Positions 42,579 to 52,644 of a stretch of DNA of 64,000 nucleotides are shown here, one piece after another. Every line of letters starts with the position of its first letter. Position 1 is the first letter of the stretch. The position numbers and the translations under genes were made by a program. Source of the stretch: an uncultured Candidatus Rokubacteria bacterium (GTDB taxonomy: Bacteria; Methylomirabilota; Methylomirabilia; Rokubacteriales; DASRDR01); assembly GCA_963708025.1 (NCBI GenBank), contig CAVPSB010000031.1, positions 333,882 through 397,881 on the forward strand, in the 5' to 3' direction. Under the pieces are notes generated by a model. It searched no databases. It had not been told where the DNA came from and worked only from the letters and a program-made list of their open reading frames with translations.

Positions 42579-42616
42579 AGCATCACGGAGGGCGTCCTTC
42601 CGTGATGCTTTTTTTC
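42579..42616 (+). terminator. Intrinsic terminator-like hairpin between tRNA-Val and thrS
   Basis: AGCATCACGGAGGG-CGT-CCTTCCGTGATGCT followed by a T run. Confidence 0.85.
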
Positions 42617-42639
42617 TCTGGACACGAGACCGGGAGACG

Positions 42640-44442
42640 ATGGCGGACGAAGCGCACGCGCACATGACGGGATCCGGGGAGTTCGACTGCGAGCCGACCC
42701 CGCTGCCGACGCTCCGGCACTCGACCGCCCACCTCATGGCCCAGGCGGTGACCCAGCTCTTCCCGGGGACCAAGCTCGCGATCGGACCCCCGATCGAGAA
42801 CGGCTTCTACTACGACTTCGCCCGCTCCGAGCCGTTCACCCCGGACGATCTCGCGCGCATCGAGGCGCGCATGCACGAGCTCAGCCGAGCGGACTACGCG
42901 ATCGTGCGGGAGGAGATGCGGCGGGAGGAGGCGATCCGGTTCTACGAGGCGCGGGACGAGCCGTTCAAGCTGGAGATCATCCAGACCCACACGGCCGGCG
43001 CAACCCGGGTGTCGTTCTACCGCCAGGGCGACTTCGTGGACCTCTGCCGGGGCCCGCACGTGCCCTCGACCGGCCACATCCGGTTCTTCAAGCTCCTGTC
43101 GAGCTCCGGCGCCTACTGGCGCGGCGACGAGCGCCGGCCGATGCTCCAGCGGATCTACGGCACCGCCTGGCTCACCCAGGAGGAGCTGGACCGCCACGTC
43201 TGGCGGCTGGAGGAGATCAAGCGGCGCGACCACCGGAAGCTCGGGCGGGAGCTGGGCCTGTTCGACTTCCACGACGTCTCGCCGGGCGCGCCGTTCTGGC
43301 TCCCGAAGGGCATGATCGTCTTCCGTGAGCTGGAGCGGTACTCGCGCGAGATGCAAGACGCACGCGGCTACCAGGAGATCTCGACGCCGATCCTGGTGAA
43401 CAAGAAGCTGTGGGAGCAGTCGGGCCACTGGGAGCACTACGCGGAGAACATGTTCAAGGTCGAGGCCGAGGAGCAGATCTTCAGCCTGAAGCCGATGAAC
43501 TGTCCGGAATCGACCTACGTGTACCGGGCGAGCCTCCGCTCCTATCGCGACCTCCCGCTGCGCCTGGCCGAGATGGGGCGGCTCCACCGGAACGAGCGGT
43601 CGGGGACGCTGACCGGACTCTTCCGGGTCCGGCAGTTCACCCAGGACGACGCCCACATCTACTGCCGGCCGGACCAGCTCCAGACCGAGATCGCCGGGGT
43701 CCTCGAACTGGTCAAGGAGTTCTACGGGACCTTCGGGCTCGAGCCCATGTTCCGCCTGGCCACCCGGCCGGAGAAGTACCTGGGGACGGCCGAGCAGTGG
43801 GACCACGCCGAGCACGCGCTGGAGGAAGCCCTCAAGGCCAACGGTCTCTCCTATGCCGTGAAGCCCGGGGATGGGGCGTTCTACGCGCCGAAGATCGACA
43901 TCCACATCGAGGACGCGCTGGGACGCGACTGGCAGATGGCGACGATCCAGGCCGATCTCACGATGGTGCCCGAGCGCTTCCAGCTCGAGTACATCGATGT
44001 CGACGGCCAGCCCAAGCGCCCGATCGCCATCCATCGCGCGATCTTCGGCTCCTTCGAGCGCTTCATCGGGATCCTGACCGAGCACTTCGCCGGGGCGTTC
44101 CCGACCTGGCTGGCGCCGGTCCAGGTGCGGGTGCTGCCGGTGTCGGCGAAGCACCAGGAATACGGGCAGCGGGTCTTCGAGCGGCTCCGCGACGCCGGCC
44201 TCCGCGTCGAGCTCGACGACCGGTCGGAGAAGCTCGGCTACAAGATCCGGGAAGCCCAGGTCCAGAAGATCCCGTACATGCTGGTGGTGGGCGAGCGCGA
44301 GGCGCTGCAGGGAGCGGCGAGCGTGCGGAAGCGGAGCGGCGAGGATCTGGGAGCGCTCCCGGTGGAGCGCTTCCTCGCCGACGTCACGGTCGAGGTCCGG
44401 ACCCGGGCCGTGGCCTCTCGGGTCGGGTCGGACGGAGGGTAA
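42640..44442 (+). CDS. thrS: Threonine-tRNA ligase (no N-terminal TGS domain)
   Basis: RHSTAHLMAQA, DLCRGPH, GAYWRG, RDHRKLG, KPMNCP, GLFRVRQFTQDDAH. Confidence 0.98.
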   Translation: MADEAHAHMTGSGEFDCEPTPLPTLRHSTAHLMAQAVTQLFPGTKLAIGPPIENGFYYDFARSEPFTPDDLARIEARMHELSRADYAIVREEMRREEAIRFYEARDEPFKLEIIQTHTAGATRVSFYRQGDFVDLCRGPHVPSTGHIRFFKLLSSSGAYWRGDERRPMLQRIYGTAWLTQEELDRHVWRLEEIKRRDHRKLGRELGLFDFHDVSPGAPFWLPKGMIVFRELERYSREMQDARGYQEISTPILVNKKLWEQSGHWEHYAENMFKVEAEEQIFSLKPMNCPESTYVYRASLRSYRDLPLRLAEMGRLHRNERSGTLTGLFRVRQFTQDDAHIYCRPDQLQTEIAGVLELVKEFYGTFGLEPMFRLATRPEKYLGTAEQWDHAEHALEEALKANGLSYAVKPGDGAFYAPKIDIHIEDALGRDWQMATIQADLTMVPERFQLEYIDVDGQPKRPIAIHRAIFGSFERFIGILTEHFAGAFPTWLAPVQVRVLPVSAKHQEYGQRVFERLRDAGLRVELDDRSEKLGYKIREAQVQKIPYMLVVGEREALQGAASVRKRSGEDLGALPVERFLADVTVEVRTRAVASRVGSDGG

Positions 44443-44447
44443 GGCGC

Positions 44448-44969
44448 ATCACGACACTGAGCAAGGACCTACGGGTCAACGAGGGAATCCGGGTCCGCGA
44501 GGTGCGGGTGGTCTCGGGGGAAGGGGAACAGCTCGGTATCTTGCCGATCAGCGAGGCGCTGCGGATCGCAGCCGAGCGCGAGCTCGACCTGGTGGAGGTG
44601 GCCCCCGAGGCCGCCCCGCCGGTTTGCCGCATCATGGACTTTGGGAAGTTCAAGTACCAGCAGAGCCGTCGAGCCAAGGATGCTCGCAAGAAGCAGACGA
44701 TCATCCAGGTCAAGGAAGTGAAGATGGGACCGAAGACGGACGAGCACGACTTCCAGTTCAAGGCGCGGCACGTCCGCCGGTTCCTGGAGGACGGCAACAA
44801 GGCCAAGGTGACGATCCGCTTCCGGGGGCGCGAGATGGCGCACACCGAGCTGGGCCGGAAGCTCCTGGACCGCATGTCGCACGACCTGACCGACATCGCG
44901 ACCATCGAGAGCTTCCCCAAGCTCGAGGGCCGGAACCTCGTGATGATCTTGACACCCAAGGCACACTAG
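44448..44969 (+). CDS. infC: Translation initiation factor IF-3 (probable ATC start)
   Basis: RVNEGIR, DLVEVAP, PPVCRIMDFGKFKY, KVTIRFRGRE; in-frame ATC 7 nt after GGAGGGT. Confidence 0.95.
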   Translation: MTTLSKDLRVNEGIRVREVRVVSGEGEQLGILPISEALRIAAERELDLVEVAPEAAPPVCRIMDFGKFKYQQSRRAKDARKKQTIIQVKEVKMGPKTDEHDFQFKARHVRRFLEDGNKAKVTIRFRGREMAHTELGRKLLDRMSHDLTDIATIESFPKLEGRNLVMILTPKAH

Positions 44970-44981
44970 AGCGGAGAGACG

Positions 44982-45179
44982 ATGCCCAAGCAGAAGACGA
45001 AGCGGAGCGCCGCCAAGCGGGTCAGGATGACGGCGACCGGCAAGCTCGTGGCCGGCGGCGGCTGGAAGCAGCACCACCTCGAGTCGAAGTCGCCGAAGCG
45101 CAAGCGCCGGCTCCGGAAGAACTATACGCTCTCCGCCGCCGACCAGAAGCGCATGCGCCTGCTCGTGCCCTACCTGTAG
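44982..45179 (+). CDS. rpmI: 50S ribosomal protein L35
   Basis: MPKQKTKRSAAKR..MTATGK; position infC-rpmI-rplT. Confidence 0.96.
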   Translation: MPKQKTKRSAAKRVRMTATGKLVAGGGWKQHHLESKSPKRKRRLRKNYTLSAADQKRMRLLVPYL

Positions 45180-45313
45180 GGCGCGTTGACCCCACACCGA
45201 GCCCCGGCACCGCGGCATCGCGGAGCCGGAGTCCCGCGGCGCGGCTCGCCCGCGTCGGGTGACGTCCGGGACGCCTCCCCCCGGGCCCAAGTGAGGCGGA
45301 GAAAGGATTCGCC

Positions 45314-45673
45314 ATGCCTCGCGCCAAAGGTGGACCGAAGACTCGCCAGCGCCGGAAGAAGGTGCTCAAGCAGGCCAAGGGCTACTGGGGCGGCCGGCGC
45401 CGTCTCTACAAGAGCGCGGTCGACACCGTCACCCGGGCTCTGGCCTTCGCCTACCGGGACCGGAAGGCCAAGAAGCGCGAGTTCCGCTCGCTGTGGATCC
45501 TCCGGATCAACGCGGGTTGTCGCGCCCTCGATCTGTCGTACTCGGTGTTCATGAACGGCCTCAAGAAGGCCGGCATCACCCTCGACCGGAAGATCCTGGC
45601 AGAGATGGCGGTGAGCGACCCCGCCGGCTTCGCCCGCCTCGTCGAGACGGCCCGGGCCCACGCAGCCCGCTGA
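45314..45673 (+). CDS. rplT: 50S ribosomal protein L20
   Basis: [38 protein letters not shown]. Confidence 0.98.
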   Translation: MPRAKGGPKTRQRRKKVLKQAKGYWGGRRRLYKSAVDTVTRALAFAYRDRKAKKREFRSLWILRINAGCRALDLSYSVFMNGLKKAGITLDRKILAEMAVSDPAGFARLVETARAHAAR

Positions 45674-45824
45674 CACCGGCCGCCGGCGCCGGGCCCTCGG
45701 GGTCCAGGGGCCGGCGCCCCCGGCGTCCCCTCATCGAGATGCGTCCACGAAGTGGCTGGCCGCCGCCTTCGGCCGCGTCGCCGCGCGGTGAGGAGCACGC
45801 CGGCTGGGCCCGGTGGTCGCGCTC

Positions 45825-46361
45825 ATGTCGGAAGTCAGGCGCCTGATCGAGGCCGCAACGGTTGCCCGCGACCGGGTGATCCGGACGGTCGAGGCGCTCT
45901 CCCCGGCCCAGGCCACCTTCAAGCCGGCGCCGGACGAGTGGTCCATCACGGAGAACGTCGAGCACCTTGCCATCGTCGAGGTGCGCTACGCCAACCGCAT
46001 CTGGGCGGCCGCCGACGGCGTGCGGGCCGGGCGGCCGATCTGGCAGGGCGAGCCCATCCACCGCGGCCGCTCGATCGAGGAGATCGCCGCTACCTGGGGC
46101 CCGCGCCCGCAAGCGCCCGAGGAAGCCCGGCCCCGCCTGGGCGGCCCCCTCGCCTTCTGGGTCGCGGCGCTTCGCAACGGGGCGGCGCTGGTCGCGGCCC
46201 TCGAAGGCGCCCTGGCCGGGCTCCACCTGGAGGCGGTGATGGTCCCCCACGCGGCCGGGCCGCTCGACGCCGGCCAGCGGCTCGGCCTCGTGCGACTCCA
46301 CCTGGAGGTGCACCTCGCCCAGATCGAGGGCGTGGTGCGCACCCCCGGGTTTCCCCGGTAG
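45825..46361 (+). CDS. DinB-family protein
   Basis: FKPAPDEWSITENVEHL...PH..G.LD...HLEVHLAQI His pattern; start 45813 or 45825. Confidence 0.85.
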   Translation: MSEVRRLIEAATVARDRVIRTVEALSPAQATFKPAPDEWSITENVEHLAIVEVRYANRIWAAADGVRAGRPIWQGEPIHRGRSIEEIAATWGPRPQAPEEARPRLGGPLAFWVAALRNGAALVAALEGALAGLHLEAVMVPHAAGPLDAGQRLGLVRLHLEVHLAQIEGVVRTPGFPR

Positions 46362-46505
46362 GTCGAGGCCGGCGTCGGAGACCGGAGCCGCCCCGGCCTC
46401 CCGACCGCGCTCGCCTCTCATGGTGTCGGCAACCTCGAGTGGCGCGAGCCACGAGGGGTTCAGTCGTGCTCGGGATTCCGGTAGAATGAGCCGGCGAGTC
46501 GACTG

Positions 46506-47531
46506 ATGCCGGACAAGCGAATCCGCGCGATCGTCAAGGGCGCCACCGAGGAGCTGGAGCGCGCCGCCAGTCGCCAGGACCTCGAGCAGGTCCGGGTGAA
46601 GTATCTCGGCAAGAAGGGTCTGCTCACGCAGCTCCTCCGCTCGATGCCGTCGCTGCCGCCCGCCGAGCGACCGGTGGTGGGTCGGGAAGCGAACGAGGCG
46701 AAGACGGAGATCGAGGCGGCCCTCGAGGCGCGGCTCGGCGCCGTGGAGCAGACGGAGCGGCACGCCCGGCTGGCCGCCGACCGGGTCGACCTGAGCCTGC
46801 CCGGCCGCCGGGTCGTCCCCGGCGCCCGCCACCCGCTCGCGCTCGTCCTCGACGAGATCATCGACGTCTTCGTCGGGCTCGGCTTCGCCGTCGCCGACGG
46901 ACCCGAGGTCGAGTCCGACTACTACAACTTCGAGGCGCTCAACATCCCCCGCGACCACCCCGCCCGGGACATGCAGGACACCTTCTACGTCTCCGAGGAC
47001 ATCCTCCTGCGCACCCATACCTCGCCGGTGCAGATCCGGACGATGCTGCGCCAGAAGCCGCCGGTCCGCATCATCTGCCCGGGGCGCGTCTACCGGCGGG
47101 ACGCCCTCGACATGACGCACTCCCCGGTCTTCCATCAGGTGGAAGGGCTGGCGGTGGATCGCGACATCTCGATGGCCGACCTCCGGGGAACGCTCGAGCT
47201 GTTCGCCCGCGAGCTGTTCGGCCCGGGCAGCCGGATCCGGTTCCGCCCGTCCTTCTTTCCGTTCACCGAGCCGTCGGCGGAGGTGGACGTGCTCTGCTTC
47301 GCGTGCAAGGGGTCGGGCTGTCGGCTCTGCAAGGGGTCGGGCTGGCTCGAGATCCTCGGCTCCGGCATGGTCCACCCCCAGGTTTTGAAGATCGTCGGTT
47401 ACGACCCGGAGGAGGTCACCGGCTGGGCCTTCGGGATGGGCGTCGAGCGCATCGCCATGCTCCGCTACGGGATCGACGACATCCGGCTCTTCTACGAGAA
47501 CGACCTCCGCTTCCTCGGGCAGTTCGCATGA
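46506..47531 (+). CDS. pheS: Phenylalanine-tRNA ligase alpha subunit
   Basis: [40 protein letters not shown]. Confidence 0.98.
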   Translation: MPDKRIRAIVKGATEELERAASRQDLEQVRVKYLGKKGLLTQLLRSMPSLPPAERPVVGREANEAKTEIEAALEARLGAVEQTERHARLAADRVDLSLPGRRVVPGARHPLALVLDEIIDVFVGLGFAVADGPEVESDYYNFEALNIPRDHPARDMQDTFYVSEDILLRTHTSPVQIRTMLRQKPPVRIICPGRVYRRDALDMTHSPVFHQVEGLAVDRDISMADLRGTLELFARELFGPGSRIRFRPSFFPFTEPSAEVDVLCFACKGSGCRLCKGSGWLEILGSGMVHPQVLKIVGYDPEEVTGWAFGMGVERIAMLRYGIDDIRLFYENDLRFLGQFA

Positions 47532-49963
47532 AGATCCCGTACCGGTGGCTGCGCGAGCTGGTCGAGACCGACGCCACGCCGGAGCGGGCCGCCGAGCGGC
47601 TCACCATGGCCGGCATCGAGGTGGCGGGGGTGACACCGGTGGTGACCGGGCTGACCGGCGTGGTCGTCGGCGAGATCGCCAGCATCGCACCGCATCCCGC
47701 GGGGGGACCGCTGACCGTCTGTCAGGTGTTGACCGGTCGCGAGCGCGTCGGCGTGGTCTGCGGCGCGCCGAACGTGCGGGCCGGGGCGCGGGCGGCGTTC
47801 GCGCCCCCGGGCGCGGTCCTCCCGGACGGGCGGCGGATCGAGGCCGCGACCATCAAGGGCGTGGTCTCCCACGGCATGCTCTGCTCCGAGGCCGAGCTCG
47901 GGATCGGGGACGACGCGGGGACGATCCTCCTCCTCGGCGGGGAGGTGCCCGTCGGCGCCGACCTGGTGGCTCACCTGGGGCTCGACGACGTGGTGCTGGA
48001 GGTCGAGGTCACGCCGAACCGGCCCGACTGCCTGTCGGCCTTCGGCATCGCGCGGGAGGTGGCCGCGCTGACCCGGGGACGGCTCACGCCGCCGGCGCCC
48101 GGCGTGACGGAGCACGAGCCGGCGGCGTCGACGCTCGCCTCGGCCCGGATCGACGACGCCGACCTGTGTCCGCGCTTCTGCGCGCGCGTGATCGTCGGCG
48201 TGACCGTCGGGCCCTCGCCGGCCTGGCTGGCCCAGCGGCTGCGGGCGTCCGGGCTCCGGCCGATCAACAACGTGGTCGACGTCACCAACTACGTGATGTG
48301 GGAGCTGGGCCACCCGCTCCACGCCTTCGACCACGCGCTCCTGAAGGACCACCGCATCGTCGTCCGCCGCGCCCGGGCCGGCGAGGTCCTGGTGACCCTC
48401 GACGGCCAGACGCGCACCCTGAATGACGGGATGCTGGTCATCGCCGACGCCGAGCGGGCGGTCAGCGTGGCCGGCGTCATGGGCGGCGCCGGCACCGAGG
48501 TCGGCCCCGCGACCCGGACCATCCTCCTGGAGGCCGCTTACTTCAAGCCCGGCTCGATCCGCCGGACCGCGCGCGCGCTCGGGCTCTCGACCGAGGCCTC
48601 GTACCGCTTCGAGCGGGGCGCCGACATCGAGGGGCCGCCGCCGGCCCTGGACCGGGCGGCCCGGCTCATCGCCGAGCTGGCCGGCGGGCGGGTCGCTCGC
48701 GGCGTCCTCGACGTCTACCCGGCGCCACGGGCGCGCCGGGAGGTGAGGCTCCGCCTCGCGCGGATCCAGCGCGTCCTCGGCGCCTGCCCCCCGAAGCCGC
48801 AGGTGGGCGAGATCCTCGACCGCCTCGGCTTCCCGGCCGAGGAGCAGGACGGCGGGTTCGCCGTCGTCGTCCCGTCGTTCCGGCGGGACGTGAGCCTCGA
48901 GGAGGACCTGGTCGAGGAGGTCGCCCGCGTGTGGGGCTACGCCGAGATCCCCTCCACGCTGCCGTCGGGGACCCTGACGCTGACGCGCCGGCCGCGGAGC
49001 GTGGTCGTGCCCGAGGCGGTCCGCCGGACCCTGACCGCCGCCGGCCTCGACGAGGCCATCAACATCTCGCTCCTGGACCCCGAGCGGCTCCACCACCTCG
49101 GCTGGGCCCCCGGCGATGCCCGGGTCGTGTCGCTCCAGAATCCGCTCGCCGCCGACCGATCGATCATGCGACCGACGCTCCTCTTCGGACTCCTGGACTC
49201 GGTGGCGACGAACGTGCGCCGTCAGAATCCGCACGTGTGTCTCTTCGAGATCGGCCGCGTCTACGAGGCGCAGGGGCCGGGGAAGCTGCCCCTGGAGGAC
49301 AACCGGGTGGGCGTCGTGCTCACGGGACTCCGCGGGCCGTGGACGTGGCATTCGGGCAAGGCGCGGGTCGACGTCTTCGACGCGAAGGGCGCGGTGGAAG
49401 CCGTCGTCGAGGCACTCGGCCGGGGCGCGGTCACGGTCGAGGCGCTGGAGCCGGGGAGCGCCCCGTACCTCGAAGAGGGCCGAGGGGCGACGGTCGTCGC
49501 GCAAGGGGTGCCGGTCGGCGTCTTCGGCGAGCTCCACCCGTCGGTGCAGCGAGCCTTCGAGCTCCCGGCCCCGGTGTTCTTCGCCGAGCTGTCCCTGGAC
49601 CGGCTCGACTCGCTCGAGCCGCGCCGCACCCTGATCGAGCCGATCCCGCGCTTCCCGGCCATCGAGCGGGACGTGGCGCTCGTGGTGCCCGCGGTCGTCT
49701 CCGCGGCCGACGTGGACAGCGCGTTCGAGACGATCAAGTCGTCGGTCCCTCTGCTCAAGCAGTTTCACCTGTTCGACCTTTACACCGGGGAGCAGGTGGG
49801 GGTCGGCCGCAAGAGCCTCGCCTACTCGCTCCTCTACCAGGCCGAGGACCGGACCCTGACCGACCAGGAGGTCAACACGGTGCACCGGGAGGTCGTGGAG
49901 CAGCTCCGGCAGAGCCTGGGCGCCGAGGTGCGCGGCGCCGGGGGCGGGGAGGTCGGATCGTGA
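47528..49963 (+). CDS. pheT: Phenylalanine-tRNA ligase beta subunit
   Basis: [48 protein letters not shown]-terminal domain. Confidence 0.98.
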   Translation: MKIPYRWLRELVETDATPERAAERLTMAGIEVAGVTPVVTGLTGVVVGEIASIAPHPAGGPLTVCQVLTGRERVGVVCGAPNVRAGARAAFAPPGAVLPDGRRIEAATIKGVVSHGMLCSEAELGIGDDAGTILLLGGEVPVGADLVAHLGLDDVVLEVEVTPNRPDCLSAFGIAREVAALTRGRLTPPAPGVTEHEPAASTLASARIDDADLCPRFCARVIVGVTVGPSPAWLAQRLRASGLRPINNVVDVTNYVMWELGHPLHAFDHALLKDHRIVVRRARAGEVLVTLDGQTRTLNDGMLVIADAERAVSVAGVMGGAGTEVGPATRTILLEAAYFKPGSIRRTARALGLSTEASYRFERGADIEGPPPALDRAARLIAELAGGRVARGVLDVYPAPRARREVRLRLARIQRVLGACPPKPQVGEILDRLGFPAEEQDGGFAVVVPSFRRDVSLEEDLVEEVARVWGYAEIPSTLPSGTLTLTRRPRSVVVPEAVRRTLTAAGLDEAINISLLDPERLHHLGWAPGDARVVSLQNPLAADRSIMRPTLLFGLLDSVATNVRRQNPHVCLFEIGRVYEAQGPGKLPLEDNRVGVVLTGLRGPWTWHSGKARVDVFDAKGAVEAVVEALGRGAVTVEALEPGSAPYLEEGRGATVVAQGVPVGVFGELHPSVQRAFELPAPVFFAELSLDRLDSLEPRRTLIEPIPRFPAIERDVALVVPAVVSAADVDSAFETIKSSVPLLKQFHLFDLYTGEQVGVGRKSLAYSLLYQAEDRTLTDQEVNTVHREVVEQLRQSLGAEVRGAGGGEVGS

Positions 49964-50244
49964 GCGACCTGGGCGAACGCTTGCTCCTGCTCGAACAGCA
50001 CGTTCAACGGGCGCTCGAGCTGATCGAGCGGCTCCGGGCCGAGAACGCCCGGCTCGTCGCGGAGCGGGCGGGGCTCGTCGAGCGGATCGAGACGCTGACC
50101 AAGGAGGCCGACGTCGCGCGGCAGCGCGAGCCGGTCCTGGCCCGGCTCGAGGCGGACGTCCACCGGCTCCAGGAGGAGCGCCAGACGCTCCTGAGCCACG
50201 TCGAGGGGATGCTGAAGGAGCTGGCCCGCATTGACCTGGGGTGA
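49960..50244 (+). CDS. zapB: ZapB-like coiled-coil cell division protein
   Basis: All-helical coiled coil LEQHVQRALELIERLRAEN; pheT-zapB-zapA synteny. Confidence 0.75.
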   Translation: MSDLGERLLLLEQHVQRALELIERLRAENARLVAERAGLVERIETLTKEADVARQREPVLARLEADVHRLQEERQTLLSHVEGMLKELARIDLG

Positions 50245-50252
50245 GACCGCAC

Positions 50253-50334
50253 GCGTGTGAAGGAATCAGGTCGTCCGGTCCCCCTCCCCCCAGTGGGTGG
50301 GGGAGGGGGGTTAGGGGGGTAGGCGGGAGGTCCC
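50253..50334 (+). repeat. Repeat family C, copy 2 (no module M)
   Basis: GCGTGTGAAGGAATC...CCCCCTCCCCCCAGTGGGTGGGGGAGGGGG...GGCGGGAGGTCCC. Confidence 0.85.
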
Positions 50335-50336
50335 AA

Positions 50337-50612
50337 ATGACCGAGGGTCGGGCCGAGATCGAGATTCTCGGGCAGCGCATCACGATCCGGGGCCGGGGTT
50401 CGCCCGAGTACATCCGGGACCTGGCCCAGTACCTGGACGGCAAGATCCGGACCGTGCGCGAGCAGGCTCAGGTGACCGAGCCGACCCGCCTGTCGGTGCT
50501 GGCCGGGCTCCACGTGGTCGACGAGCTGTTCCGGAGCCGTGAGCGCGAGGCCAGCCTGGCCGCGCAGGTCGACAGCCTCGTGGAGCGCCTGGGCCGCGCC
50601 CTGGACGGCTGA
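50337..50612 (+). CDS. zapA: Cell division protein ZapA
   Basis: IEILGQRITI...YIRDLAQYLDGKIR...VLAGLHVVDELF. Confidence 0.9.
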   Translation: MTEGRAEIEILGQRITIRGRGSPEYIRDLAQYLDGKIRTVREQAQVTEPTRLSVLAGLHVVDELFRSREREASLAAQVDSLVERLGRALDG

Positions 50613-50681
50613 GGGCGCCGGACGGCGCGCACTTTTTCCTTGACGGCCGCGAGGGGCGGGTATCGAATTGGGCATGGCGTG

Positions 50682-50863
50682 GTTCCCTGCGCTGCCCGTG
50701 ATGTGAGGTGAAGTTGCGAGCCCAATCTTCAATGAACGGGAGTCCCGCGACGCGGGCGGTGTGCATGCCCCTTTTCGAAGGGGAAGCCTGAAGCCCTGGC
50801 CGGGGCACCCACCTGGTTTCGGCCAGGTTCGAACTTCCCGAGCACACGGCAGAGGCGGGGAAC
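50682..50863 (+). ncRNA. ssrS: 6S RNA
   Basis: ~182-nt rod with GTTCCCTGC/GCGGGGAAC closing stem, GAAGTT/AACTTC inner stem and a central bubble; typical zapA-ssrS-rny context; TTGACG at 50640. Confidence 0.88.
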
Positions 50864-50870
50864 GTCGAAG

Positions 50871-50904
50871 ACGGGCGGGTGGAAACCCGCCCGTTCCGTG
50901 TTTT
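50871..50904 (+). terminator. Terminator after 6S RNA
   Basis: ACGGGCGGGT-GGAA-ACCCGCCCGT followed by TCCGTGTTTT. Confidence 0.75.
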
Positions 50905-50941
50905 CGGGATCCCGCCACGAGCGACGCGACCCGGCATTGCC

Positions 50942-50970
50942 TTGACTAATGCCGGGAAATTTCCTAATAT
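50942..50970 (+). promoter_or_regulatory. Promoter of the rny operon
   Basis: TTGACT 50942-50947, 17 nt, TAATAT 50965-50970 in an AT-rich patch. Confidence 0.6.
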
Positions 50971-51033
50971 GACGCAAAGTTAGCCTGGCATAATCCTGAA
51001 AGGGCATTCGCCCCGAGCCGGGCCACCCGGCTC

Positions 51034-52617
51034 GTGAGGGAGGTGGCCATCCTGGAGATCACCAGCATCATCCTGGCGATTCTCGCAATCGGTATTCCCC
51101 TCGCGTGGTTCGGGGGGATGCTCGTTCAGAAATCCCTCATCACCCGCAAGATCGGCGAGGCGACCGAGCAGAGCCGCCGGATCGTGGAGGAGGCCCAGAA
51201 GCACGCCGAGAGCCAGTTGAAGGACTCGGCCATCGAGGCCAAGGAGGTCGTCTACCGGGCGCGGGTCGAGCTGGAGAAGGAGGTCAAGGAGCGCCAGAAG
51301 GAGATCCAGTCGATCGAGCGCCGGTTGAGCCAGAAGGAGGAGCAGGTCTCGCGACGGCTCGATCAGCTCGACCGGCGCGACCGGGACTACCACGCCAAGG
51401 AGGAGACCCTGTCGGGCCGGGAGCGCGGCATCCGGGAGCTGGAGGAGCGTCATCTCGGCCTCGTCGAGGAGCAGCGTCGCGCGCTCGAGCGGGTCGCCGG
51501 CCTGACGGCCGAGGAGGCCAAGCAGCGGCTGGTCTCCCAGATGGAGGAGGAAGCCCGGCGGGAAGCGAGGCTGATCGGCATGCGCCTCGAAGAGGAGGCG
51601 CGGCAGGATGCCGAGCGCAAGGCCCGCGAGGTGCTGGCGACCACCATTCAGCGGCTGGCCCCCGACTACACGGTCGAGACCGCCGTCTCCATCGTGGATC
51701 TGCCGTCCGACGACATGAAGGGCCGGATCATCGGGCGCGAGGGCCGGAACATCCGCGCCCTCGAGCAGGCCACCGGCGTCGACCTCATCGTCGACGACAC
51801 GCCGGAGGCCGTCATCATCTCCGCCTACGACCCGCTCCGCCGCGAGATCGCGCGGCTGGCCCTCCAGCGGCTGATCGCCGACGGCCGCATCCACCCCGCC
51901 CGGATCGAGGAGGTCGTCGAGAAGATCAAGAAGGACATGGAGCAGCACCTGAAGGAGGAGGGCGAGCGCGCCTGCTTCGAGGTCGGCATCCACGGCTTTC
52001 ACCCCGAGCTGATCAAGCTGATCGGCCGGCTGAAGTTCCGGACCTCGTACGGCCAGAACTGCCTGCAGCACTCGAAGGAGGTCGCCTGGCTGGCCGGCAT
52101 GATGGCGGCCGAGATCGGCGCCGACGTCAAGCTGGCCAAGCGCTGCGGCCTGCTCCACGACATCGGCAAGGCCTTGACCCACGAGCAGGAAGGAACGCAC
52201 GTCGAGCTGTCGATCGACATCCTGACCCGGTACAACGAGCCCCGGGCGGTGCTGAACACGATCCTGGCCGGTCACGAGAACGCCGAGGCCGAGACCATCG
52301 AAGCGGTGCTGGTCGAGGCCGCCGACGGCATCTCGGCGGCGCGGCCGGGCGCCCGACGCGACGTGCTGGAGAGCTACGTCAAGCGCGTCAAGGCCATGGA
52401 GGAGATCGCCCGCTCGTTCAAGGGCGTGGAGGCGGCCTACGCGATCCAGGCTGGCCGGGAGCTGCGGATCATCACCAAGTCGGACCTGGTCTCCGACCTC
52501 GACACCTACCAGCTGGCCAAGGATATCGCCAAGCGCATCGAGGGCGAGATGCAGTACCCCGGGCACATCAAGGTCACGGTGATCCGGGAGCACCGCGCGG
52601 TGGAGTATGCTCGGTAG
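51034..52617 (+). CDS. rny: Ribonuclease Y
   Basis: N-terminal TM, coiled coil, KH (MKGRIIGREGRNIR), HD (LLHDIGK), SAARPGARR; exact start uncertain. Confidence 0.97.
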   Translation: MREVAILEITSIILAILAIGIPLAWFGGMLVQKSLITRKIGEATEQSRRIVEEAQKHAESQLKDSAIEAKEVVYRARVELEKEVKERQKEIQSIERRLSQKEEQVSRRLDQLDRRDRDYHAKEETLSGRERGIRELEERHLGLVEEQRRALERVAGLTAEEAKQRLVSQMEEEARREARLIGMRLEEEARQDAERKAREVLATTIQRLAPDYTVETAVSIVDLPSDDMKGRIIGREGRNIRALEQATGVDLIVDDTPEAVIISAYDPLRREIARLALQRLIADGRIHPARIEEVVEKIKKDMEQHLKEEGERACFEVGIHGFHPELIKLIGRLKFRTSYGQNCLQHSKEVAWLAGMMAAEIGADVKLAKRCGLLHDIGKALTHEQEGTHVELSIDILTRYNEPRAVLNTILAGHENAEAETIEAVLVEAADGISAARPGARRDVLESYVKRVKAMEEIARSFKGVEAAYAIQAGRELRIITKSDLVSDLDTYQLAKDIAKRIEGEMQYPGHIKVTVIREHRAVEYAR

Positions 52618-52644
52618 TGGGGGAAGGGTGGAAAGGGGCCTCGG

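Noticed and set aside
42513-42616. T-box riboswitch for thrS (GAGAG, CTGAAAG, ACC, terminator)
   Set aside because: No UGGNACC antiterminator bulge able to pair with the terminator arm, and the region is too short; kept only as a speculative leader finding
46362-46505. pheS attenuator or T-box
   Set aside because: No Phe-rich uORF, T-box motif or U-tailed terminator; only a TAGAAT -10-like hexamer
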